This document shows, piece after piece, positions 52,039 to 64,000 of a DNA stretch of 64,000 nucleotides (within the stretch, counting starts at the first letter, position 1; every line of letters begins with the position of its first letter). Below the pieces are notes generated by a model. The model had not been told where the DNA came from. It made no database searches and saw only the letters and a program-made list of their open reading frames with translations. Source of the stretch: Fimbriosthenelais zetlandica (lineage: Eukaryota); NCBI GenBank assembly GCA_977030845.1, contig OZ365110.1, positions 43,028,001 to 43,092,000 on the forward strand, in the 5' to 3' direction. The translations under genes were made by a program, and so were the position numbers.

Positions 52039-55000
52039 CTGGAAGGGTCACAGCAAACATGGGTTTAATTTCACGCGATCGTGGACACTTTAAATGCAAA
52101 TACACAATGAACTTGGGGGCTGAGCTAATAAGCCGAGCCCCAATTGGCAATTATTAAATAGGACATTGACTACAGAATGGAAAATTTTAATTTTTATATT
52201 ATTAATAAAAATGAACTGCATATAAAATGATTTCTTTTCTATTTGTAAAAGACTGAAGCAATAAATGGAATAGATAGAAATTGATCTGGTTTGAAGCCAA
52301 TGGTGTCTTAATCTTAGTACTGTCCTTGATGACCCCAGGGCACTGGGAAGAGAGCCCTTTTAGTCTTATTTGGAAGCATCCTTGGGTGGTTTGAAATTAC
52401 CCCACCCCCTACTCCTAACACACTATTACTAGCCATGCCTCACCCTATCTTCCCCAGCATTTATTTTTCAGCTTTGATGGGTCTTCGGCAACGGGGACAA
52501 TATTGATCTGGGCCGAGCTGTATCCCGGATGGGATTTTTCTCTTTCTCTTCTTTATACTTTTTTTCCCCTTTTGTTTTCTAACCAACGGCCTGGCAGAAA
52601 TGTGACCCCCAAACCCTGAGACGGACGGAAGCATTCTTTCCCCAGGTGACGCTCGCCTGTCACAAGCGGTGAATGATTTGCATGGGACTCGGGTCGTAGG
52701 AAGCCGTAAATCAAAATGCCATTACATTTCAAATAAACGACCGTCAGGCTGGATTATGACAACTAACGGGGGGCCTGAGGAAGGGGGTCATACCATTAAA
52801 GGCATTGGGTGTCAGGGCAAATTTCAGAGGTGCCCTTAGATTATCATAAACAGGGAGAGAAGGGGCTTTCTATAGTTAATGAAACTGAGTGAAGATTGTG
52901 CCTTTAGAGTGGGGCAGGGTGGGGTATTGGAAATAAAACAGGGAGGAGGAAGGGGCCACGGTAGAAGCTAGCCCTTGTAAATAACCAATAGGTTGTGGGT
53001 CCTCCAGGGAGCCAGGGCTAGTCCCGTGTTGGAGCGTGGTGGCTTTGTGTTATATTATATTATCCTCCAGTGGCTTTCACCTGCCTCATCTAGCCCCACC
53101 TGGGAGGCCATCCCGGGACGCCGTGGAGGAGGCAGCGAGATGAAAGCTTTCATCACGTGATGGCCTAGTGAAAGGGGTGGGGGGGGGGGGGGGAGGAGGA
53201 TGTGGGGGTGGATCCTCCTAAACCAGCTCAATATTCAAAATTATCTCGATATTATATAATAGTTCCAATTTACAAAAGACCTAATCATAAAGTCAAAAAC
53301 TTGCCCGATATCCAAGATCAGTTCAAAATTAATTTGGGAAAGTCCTGAAAATTTTCAACAGCAAATGTTTAGGGATTTTAGAAATATTTATGTAATTGGT
53401 TTGTTGAATCATTGCGCTGGTTTTCAGACAGGCAGAGCTTTATCTCCACAAATGTACTGAATGCTACCGGATCTAGATCTACCTAGATCTAGTCATCAGT
53501 AATGGAAGCTCTATTTCTCTTCAATCTTTGGGGATCAAAATTTTAAAGGCAGTATAATAGGGGTGACTGAGTGGATCCTTAACCCCCCAAAGTAATGGTT
53601 TGGTTCCTGGCCAATGCATTAATTCTAAGGGGTTTTATGAAGAAACTGATGAGGAAAGGGTGGGGTGGGGGATTGAGTAGGGGTGGGGAGGGGGATGGAG
53701 TGGGGCGAGGGTTGGAGGGCAAATAGATGGATCTTGGATGTTGACGGTGGAACCTCACGTGCCATCACAACATTGCACTCAATCCTCAACCAATTCACTT
53801 GCAGCAGTCAACTTGCTTTAGGAAATCATAACAATGAACAACCCATGATAATAATTCATCGAAAGAAATCATATTCAATCAGGAATTGTAAATACAAAAA
53901 TTATGAAAAAAAATCAGCCAAAAATGACATCACAAACTGAGGACATTGCAAATAATAGGAAAGAAATATGTGCTCCTAAAATAGCACTCGCAATGCGATC
54001 TGAGTGCATGATCTCCAATGGCCAGTGAGCAGGGAGTGAGATTCAGAGATGGCCAATAAAACATGGCTTGTATTTTTGTACACTACCCTCTCTCATGCAT
54101 AAAATGTGGCCACTACATTTGCCAAACTTCAAAGACTCAGGTTGGATGGGCCAAGACCCGTGCAAGTCGAAGCTTGGTCAATGCTCTCCATACAGCAATG
54201 GATACAAATTATTAATGGTTTTGGTGGGAACAGGCTTAGGCCAAATGAAGCAGGTTACTAGGGACACATAAATAACAAGGCCCCGGCACCACTGGGAAAT
54301 CTCAGGGTTACACATACACGTCCAATATCCATGCGTGTGGAAAGCTCGCCCACCCCCTCCTCCCCTACCCCTCACTCGTACACACAGTAGAAATCCACTG
54401 TTGTCTGGTATATTTATATCATGAAAGGCACAGGGGTGGTGGGAAGTGGGGTTGGGGAGGTGGGGGGAGGGCAGGGAGGGATGGAGATGGACAATGGGTC
54501 GCGGCTGTGTGTATATTCACTATATATAGTGGGCGGATGTGGTCAGAAGGTCTGGGCTTCAAGCCAGAAAAGAGGGCTATTTTATAGTCCCCTGGAATTA
54601 CAAAGGCCCGCAAAGCGCCATTCTCCTGTACATGGGAAGGATATAGGCAGAAAAGCAGGGTGCAGAAAAATAAGCGAGGCTGCTACGTGCAAGGATTAAT
54701 CACTTCCAGGGCTTTCCCACTGCTGACAGGCGCAAAAATTGAAGTTAATCAGGCGAGTTGGACGTTTAGAAGTGGTGGGGGGAAGCGACTAGGGGTGGAG
54801 ATGATGGCGACTGGTCGGTGGTGGAGATCGATACAAACTACAACTAGGTCAGGGGACGTGGCTCCCTTTGTCAAGGCCCTAAACCCAGGAGGAACTGTCA
54901 GAAGGTGATGGAAAAAATGGGGAAGGAAAGGACCTCTCATCTAGGGGGATTGTATCCCCGAGAAAATGATAAAAAACGGGGGAACTGTACTTAAAAGGGA

Positions 55001-58000
55001 ATGTGAGGGTTGTATATGGGGTGGAGGGGGAAAAAAGGGGAAGGAGTGGTGGGGGAAAGAGTGTCAAGGGTTGTGGGAGCACAGATTGCTAAATACTTCA
55101 ACGGTTGGCAATGAAAGGGCAGTGTTTGGACGGGCGACTACTCTTTTATTGGTGGCAAGATTGAAGGGCGGGAGTGTACGCTTCTAGAGTCTCTCATACA
55201 CCCTGAGGGCAGGTGGAGAAGGCTGAGTAGGGGGCAGGGCCTCCTCCTCCTCCTTCTCTTCTTTCTCCATAGTACTGCTTTCTCCCGGCCTAACAACGCC
55301 CACTGATAGACCACCACCAACAACCCCCCTTGTCCTCCCTCCCTTATTCCATCTCCAGATAGTTGTCAGCTAGGAGGAAGGATGTGGAGGGGCCCAGGGC
55401 CCGTCAATAACTCACACTTAGCTGGGGCTACTTTTACTGGGTCAGCTCATTTTTAGGGATTTTTCCCCGGCCCCGCTTCTCTTCTAAATTGAGTTGGGTA
55501 GTCGGGGATTGATGGTAGAAGGCCAGGTTGGCAGCTATCTCCATGACAATACCAACTCATTAGCGTACCATGGTTTTCATGGGAGCATGCCTACATGGTG
55601 TAGGGTTGGGGGTTGGGTGGTAGGGGAGGGGACAAAGAAAGTGTGCTGGATTTCTGAGCAGCTCATCAGGGGTGGCCCAATCTACTCACAGACCATTCCC
55701 AATGAAACATGTCCTAGGCATGGATCCCCCCCCCCCCTCCTGGGCCCCCAACCCCACCCCCTCCTACGCATAGGCTATCAAGTGGTGGCGACCATGCGGG
55801 GATTTAGGTTGATTGGAATAACCCCCGGGGTTACATTACACTTTGGACACAGCGCCAAATTGTGTCTGAGGAGTATAATCCAGACACATATACCTGCCAC
55901 GGCTTAGGAGTGGCGGGCTATGTTTTATTAATGGGCACTGGGATCGATAGGTCTGCCTCTAGAATACACTCACACCACGCCTCACCGCCACTAGCAGCTG
56001 ATAGCTTCAGCGCCGGTGTAGACAGGCCAAGCGTTTCTATGGCACTCCACGTGTGCGCACCCCCTATTTTATATACTACTCGCCCGTCCCGACCTGAGAC
56101 AACTACAGAACCTACCCCCGAGCCATGGCCCCACTTAGTACTACTACCCCTTACTCTTATCTATGTACTATCATACCCAGGCCAAATATGTATTTACTAT
56201 TGGGTAGCCAAAAATCCAGTGCCCATTTTTGGAGATGTGTAACAATTTTGGGATTAACAAAAAAGAAGGTAATTAGCCCTTTTAAATTGTCTCCCATTAA
56301 TTTTGAATGTTGTTTAATTATTAACTGTCCCATAATAGGGGCCCTCCCGGGCGACACGTGGAGCTGCTCTTGGACTGGCCTAATTTGGTCATTCACAAAT
56401 CAGGCCACTCCTCTCCCATTAATGACAAAGGGTCACAATTATTAAACAGAACATGTCAATGCTAAATACACCTGGCTTCAAACCTTTGATCTTTTCAATC
56501 TTAAAATATTCTATTCTAGTCATTAAATACCAAGAATACAGTTCTTAAATTTCATCAATGATTACTACTTCTTTTTTTTTTAAATATTCTTCTCTTGTTC
56601 ATGACGCCATATGATTTTCATGGGGGCGTGAAAAGTTCACGCCAACACGAAGACAAATAAGAGCATATTCACATAACACTGAATGATAATGGCAGCCTCT
56701 GATAGGCCTAAAAACCCCGACTAAATACCTCAGAGCTTGTATGTACTCAACATTTACTGGAAATGACTCCCCGTTGGAAATGGCAGCAGTGGTGAGCAGT
56801 ATACAGGCAAATGATTAGCGCACAATAGCACCTGATAATCCTATGTATTAGTATGTGGTATGAATATCTCTAATGATTACAGGATGGCTTTGGAATGGCT
56901 CATCCAGATGGGGAGCTTTAGTAGGTGTTAATGCTACATGATATATATACATATGATAGAACAGGATCGGCAAGAGTGTTAATGATTGTAAGCTATACAC
57001 ATAGAGTTGTGAGTGCTTGTGTATTGAGCGGTTAGTGGCAGTATTAGTAAGAGGCAGGGTTATGGTTGTTGGTTTGAAATGTGACTACAGGGCACCATCG
57101 TCGACACCCTCCACTAGGCGATCAAGGCTAGCTTTATATATGATGAGGGGTGGTTGGTGGTGGCGCCTTCATATTGCAGCCACCAAGGCATACACACACA
57201 CTAGGCCCTGACAACTCTGATTGCCTCGTGTTGCCAGTTGCTGTTGCCGGTGCTGCTGGCAGTTTTCTCTTTCACTCCCTCACTCATTCCCTCATCTTGT
57301 CCGTTTCCCCCCTTTTCCCTATTTTCAGTCGTCATATCCTCAGACAGCATCTGAGTCCACAAAGCCCACAGCTGCCACATCCATGGTAACCATCCATGGT
57401 CTCCTTGGCAACGCTTGTCTTGCCCAACCTACCTACAAGCCTCTCCACACCCGGACACAACACCACTACCCATACACCCACCCACCCACCCACCAACCAC
57501 ACATTCACACATTACGATTCCCTCCTGATCCACTTGATCTGGCTCGAGGGCCAGAAGCACCATCTGTGGTTATAAGTATGGCCTACAGACCCTATGATCC
57601 AAACGCCAGCCCTCCTACTCCTCCCTCTCATCCCCACCCCTCCCACCCCCCACCCCCCCAACCCATTCACTAGCCTATACCCAGTCTGCCCTAGAAAAGG
57701 CCATCATCAAGGGTACTTTCTCAGTGCAGCCCCCAGTATGGGGGAAAATAGAGCCAACGTTGCTAGCTAACGTGTTAGCGGGGTGAAATTGAATATTATA
57801 ATTGTGCTAAGGGTTTGTCTGAAGTGGATTGGCTGGTTCTTAAATGAAGCGATAGCAGCAACGACAGCAGCAACCGGAGACTGGGGGAGAAGCCTTTTCT
57901 ACCATGCCAACCATGGGGAGGTGCTTTCAAACTAGGTCGCCTCGCCTCCTCCTCCTCCTCCTTCTCTAGTGGGGGAATACCCAATATCATCACCACCATC

Positions 58001-59585
58001 CTCTACCTTACTTTACATTTATATACACCTAAAGGACCTGCTTTTATAAAGCCAGAAGCCTGATTGAATTTACAGCAGAGTAAATGGCAATAAAGCCGGC
58101 CCATTTCACTGTGGGTTGTGTGAGAAAGGGTGCAGTAAAACCCACATGCCAGCTTCGTGAGGAAGGAGGAAGAAAGCAGGCCAGCACAGGGGCCTCAGCC
58201 ATTTTTAATGCATTCATGAAATGCAGTGCTTTCAAACGATGGCAGGGCCTAGATGGACCCTGAAAACGAACCTATGACCTCAGATATCGACTCAGTCTAT
58301 TGCCTGATCCAACCTTACACACGAACTGCACCGCCAGCTCTTTAGTCTTATCAAACCATAGAAACGAACATCAAAATGGAAATTCAGAACACAAACAGAA
58401 ACGCCCAACTCAAATTTCAAATGCGACAAGAGTAGGTTAATGGTCCTATTTGCTGGTTCTTAATTTGGAAACATGTTGCTCAGAAGACTGGGGGATTAAG
58501 AGACTTTTGATTGACTAGTTTTAGACCGCCCAGGATTATCCCTAGTCGAAACAAGGATTTGGAGAATTGATCGCATTTGTCTAGATCTGCTCATCCTGGG
58601 ATAAAGCCAGAGATTACTATGATAATCACGACCCGAATAAACGATGGCCCTAATCGGTGCTTCTGCTGCCATGTCCAGTGATCCAAGAACTCTACCCTCA
58701 TACTGTGATCACCAATATTTAAACTTCTAGCAATATTGTAATCGTCAGCGAATTTTTTTTTTTAATGAAAATGTAAATTGTTTTTCTAAATTTTTTTTTT
58801 AAATGTCAACTTCCAGAAATGTAATCATTACGAGATGGACACATGTAAGTTGTTTTCTCACATCAATACTGACACGATTGTACTACATTTATCAGTCCAG
58901 AAATGCAGCTAAAATTAAAACTAAAGTACGAGAACTACATAACACCAAATTTAACACAAGAACCACAACAAATGCTGGCAATTTGAACTTCCCCCATGAG
59001 GAAACTAGGAGAAACTTAAGCACTGAGAATATTGGAACTTTTGGAACATAAAAAAGTTAGATCTACAGAAGCACTAAGCACAGAGACAGAAAGCATTTCT
59101 CTGCCGACTAGCCTTTGAATGGAACAATGGAAATACCAAACATGCAACTGTCAATGGCTTATTCGCTTCAAATAAGCATTAGGCAAAGGAAGTATTATCG
59201 AAATATACCACTGAACAGACGGAATTGCCATTTGCCCTCTGGCCACATGTATCTTTTTGTTCTCTTTTCTAAGATAGCAAATACCAGGGCTAAATATACC
59301 CTGTAGGCTCTGACAGCATTATTTAAGCGGCTATGGCAGATGCATTTTTTTTTTGCTTCATTATCATGTTATAGTATATTGCGGTTGCCTGGTTGAGTGG
59401 CTCCTCACTATACCATTATAGGCCCTCTGATAGCCTGTATTTTGAGATTTATAAGTTTCATTTATAGAGGTCGTGATTCTCACAGCCTGAATCCTGTCAT
59501 AGAAAGATGTGTGTGAGTAGCCAGTGCATATGACAATTCTGCGCAACACAAAGTAGCGAGGACGAGTCAGGAGGCAGTGACTCTA

Positions 59586-59930
<345 letters not shown>

Positions 59931-60207
59931 TCACCTTCCAAGCCTATTGTCCACACCATACACCTCAATCTCTACGTTACCATGGCAAACATTGCCTCCT
60001 CCTCCATCATTTATCTCAGTCTAAAACAATAACTATCTCTTATCAACCTTTTTTTTTGGCAATCAGAAAGCCTCCCCCACCCCACGCCAATATTCAGCCC
60101 GCATTAATCACAAGTGAACCTGTTCAGTTTTTTTTTTTTTTTTTGCCCATTCATTCTTTTTTGCGGTTCTCTTTTTATAATTCCCGGCAAGGCCAAACGG
60201 CGGGCTA

Positions 60208-60537
<330 letters not shown>

Positions 60538-63500
60538 CTACAAACACAAGTACAACCAAAACATTTAAAAACAATCGGAGGGACAGGACGTCTACGGAAA
60601 GGAAAACTACCGAGATCCAAAGAAGTGGATTGAATATAATATCAGTAGATCCTAGAATAAGTAGATACATGTAATAAGAAATCAACATCATTTTTTTTAG
60701 TGTTAAAAAGTAAGTAATAAGTAAAAGTGTAGTGCTTATAAAAACCGCATCATGCTGCATAAAGAGAAGAGTTGAATAATGGATGAACCGGGAAGCCAGC
60801 TCCGTGGTGGGTTCGCCGAAAATTTCCCCCAACCCCTTCCCTTAAATTTCTGTTGATATATTATTAAACGAAGACTTCACTTGTCATGTTTTAAAAATGG
60901 GGGAAAATGGACTTGAAAATCTGGTGGTACGGGTTTTATAATGATAGATAGGGGACTGGTTTTGGAGTGCTACTCAAGATCAAAAATGAGTCACTGCAGA
61001 TGGTTGTTGACAGTGAATAAATATTGAATCAAAACTTGTGATCAAAAAAATTAAAAATTTTTAATTGAAAGAGCCAATTTTACTGTTCGCTGCTTATGAA
61101 AGGTTTTAAATGAGGATGATATAGAGATATAGCCGAGGCAATTTGTGTTTGAAGGTGTAGTCTTCGTGTAAGAAAGCCGGGAGGGAGAGAGGAGTCTGGT
61201 TAGCAGTGGAGATGCCACTTTAGACAACCAGACCACTGCCCCGGGCAAGGCCTTTGTTGGATAGACCGCTTACTGAACCCCCACGGATAGCTGGACCCAG
61301 AACACATCCATACAGACAAACAGAAAGAAGAGAGGATGGAAACTCTACTCAGCTAGGTCAAAATCTAGCAATAATCGACAGAAAGGCTAGGGAGGAGGGG
61401 TGGTTTTTTTTTTCAAATTGTGGTTGTCTTTCAGTCACCTAGGGAACAGGTTGTGAGTATTTTTAAATTATGAGAAATTGAATGGTCCATGTTCCATCAG
61501 ATATTGGGTTTTAATAATGGTGGAAAGGTCGAGGTTTAGTGTTTCATTAATTGTTATTTCTAATTACTCAGTAGTGTCATTTTTGCGCTTTAATTTGTTC
61601 CTGGGAGGTTTTATGTATGATATTAGTTTGTAATCACGTGCGATGTACACACGATTGAGCTGCTTCTCATGCAACTTTCACCAGTCGGCCACTCTGTAGA
61701 TTTATGTGCTGGTCGGCGCCATGGTTGGCCCATGTGGGACGCGCGACGGACCAACTACAAAAACCTTAGCCAAATTAAGTTTGAATAATGTATGAAATCA
61801 GACACGTGCCGCCATAAAAAAGCAAGGAACCGGTCCCAGAGGCAGGCAGGCATCCCAATGTAAAAAGCCATCTCGATGCACTTGGACAGATTTTTGAGTC
61901 AATATTTTCTGACAGATTTTTAAATATTTCCCTAAAATGGGATATCCATGTTCATCAAAAATCGATTGGATAATTTATAAAATGTCACTGGTCAAAAATA
62001 TGATGAGCACGATATTTTAAATACATTTTGCTCAGTTATTAATTATGGAAAGTATAAAATTAGTGTGATGAAATGTTTTATGGTTCGGAAAGGACCCTGT
62101 TCCCTGGTGACTTTCGGACTGAAAAGGTGACTGAGGAAATGAAAATTGGCCCAAAACTATCTTCCATTTCATCTTGCACCTCACACGCGCCCAGCAGTTA
62201 TAGCTGTCTGTACCCCAGTGTTAGGACTTTGATGCACACCACTCGACACAAGTATAATGATATTAATAAAAGCTGTGTTAATCCTAATACCAGAGACCTT
62301 TTGTCTGGCAGTGGAAGCTTGCTTATTGTTAGTTTTTGTCGTGGCACTATTAATACATCACTCATAGTCAATACCACACACGGATGGAACCACCATTCTA
62401 AGCCTTTTTCATTCTGCTTTCATACATGAATGCATGACACCAGGTCTTTTCTACAATATCGACGATTCTAACTGAATCCCAGATAGGTCTGGAAACTGAA
62501 GGATACCAGGCAGGCAAGGAGTGGCCTTTGCCCATAGTAGTATATGGAATTGCACCACCGTATATGGCACTTGTCCCTAGATAGCCAGATGGGGAGTAGT
62601 GCATGAAATTTGGAATCTGAAGCAGGTCTGCTTAATGTCAAGGCTAATATAGAAAGCATGGCAAAACCAAATAATCAATATAAAATTTGACAGCTTATCT
62701 GGGAGGGGATTTAGATAAAGGCACTTCTACATGTATCAGTTATAACAAATCAGCCTCTCTTATCGGTCTATGCCGTCAGCAATTTCCCACTCTCTGCCCA
62801 CCCGCCCAGCCCCTATGCTCAAGCTCTTACATAATAAATGGGTTATCCGTACTGGTTATTTGCATAGCTAAGTGGAACAGACCCCCTTCCCTCCCATCAA
62901 CCTCTCATATTAGACGTGTCACGTTGCCTCATGTTATATCATGCCCCAGTGGGCAGAGCACTTGGCAAGTCTAACGTTATGCCATGGCATCTGTAGGTAG
63001 AAATATGCTATGTAAGTGGGGCGAGGCTTGACTAAAGCCACCTGTTCTGCTATATAGCGTTGTTGACACCATCTGCCAGGAGTCGGGGGCACTCATGTTC
63101 AGTGCACGCTATTTATAGGCTCGTTCAGCTCTAGGCCTAAGGGCTGCGGGTCTCCTGGCAACGTCAATGACAGCTTCTCCCGAATACATCTCTCTCTCCC
63201 CCAGATCAATACCACCACACATCTACATACTCTATTAGTCTATATACCGAATAGGGACACATCAATTACTGAGAGAAAATGTCAAAAGTAAACTTTGATA
63301 ATTTAAAACACCAATGCCAGAAAGGAAATTTAGACCGAATGAGAAAATGGGAATAAATTATGAAAATGATATAAAATGGTAGAGTGGATTGGGTGGAGAT
63401 ATAGGGAGATATAATATTCATCCCCAGTAGCTAGGTTAGATCTCGGACTAAACCCTTCCCCCTGATTGGACCCAGACCCCCCTGCGGCCCCCCGTGGAGC

Positions 63501-64000
63501 TTGTAATGTTGTTCTGCATCCTTTTTGGATGACGATCAGGCTTTCATAATAGAATCTCTTCGTGACGACAAGCCAGCTGGCTGAGCGATTATCATGTTTC
63601 AGGGTAATGTGCTAGACCGACTTGGCTGGCAAGTAATCCACCCTACAAGGTAGTAGTAGTAGTAGTAGTCTAGTGCCTATCTACCGTGTGCAATGTTACC
63701 ATATGTTACTAACAAAACACCCAGGCATAGATAATCAATTTAAAATATACTTTACAGCCAAAAAGATATCTCAATCATTTCATGAAAGCCTATTATATGG
63801 GCTTGGGGGATGGGAGTATGCTACATTCTCTGTATTAATATATGGACTGGTTTTTAAATTTTCAACCCCCACCCCATCCCCTACTAGTACTGCTTCCACC
63901 TGCCCTGCTCTAGCTGTATGAAGTATTCATAACTTGAGTTCACGGCCCCAGGTCTAATGATAGGAGGGCAGGTCAGAGTGAAGCTAATACTGCAGCTGGG

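Noticed and set aside
51806-52150. ORF-track call of a 114-aa standalone protein (and the similar calls at 59583-59927 and 60205-60465).
   Set aside because: These are elav exons read through into flanking intron; the true boundaries are given in the features.
60538-64000. Search for the RRM1 exon(s) or a third copy of the alternative exon.
   Set aside because: No TNLIVNYLP, GYGFVNY or further VSYARP-coding segment was found by eye; the 5' part of the gene is presumably outside the window.

Overview
Eukaryotic (metazoan) genomic DNA: AT-rich, intron-containing, with one 140-bp assembly gap. The only intact gene I can support is the 3' two-thirds of an ELAV/Hu neuronal RNA-binding protein gene on the minus strand; from memory the protein looks lophotrochozoan-like, which is an inference. 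I did not find its RRM1 exon(s), so they probably lie beyond position 64000. The exon for the end of RRM1 and the first half of RRM2 is present as two tandem 154-nt paralogues (60384-60537 and 59591-59744). Both are intact, 37/51 aa identical and in the same phase. Including both or skipping both gives an immediate stop, so they look like mutually exclusive exons, and a candidate RNA selector/docking stem flanks the second. The hinge intron holds a candidate 42-nt in-frame microexon with a UGC motif and three downstream RBFOX sites. The last exon has a +9-nt alternative acceptor. The predicted 3' UTR is about 3.8 kb, with AU-rich elements and two AATAAA signals. About 2 kb past the gene end lies a promoter-like island flanked by about a dozen TAGGCCTA palindromes, followed by a frameshifted THAP-domain relic. 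The first ~38 kb has no recognisable coding exon: tandem repeats, microsatellites, a Harbinger-type MITE and enhancer-like islands.
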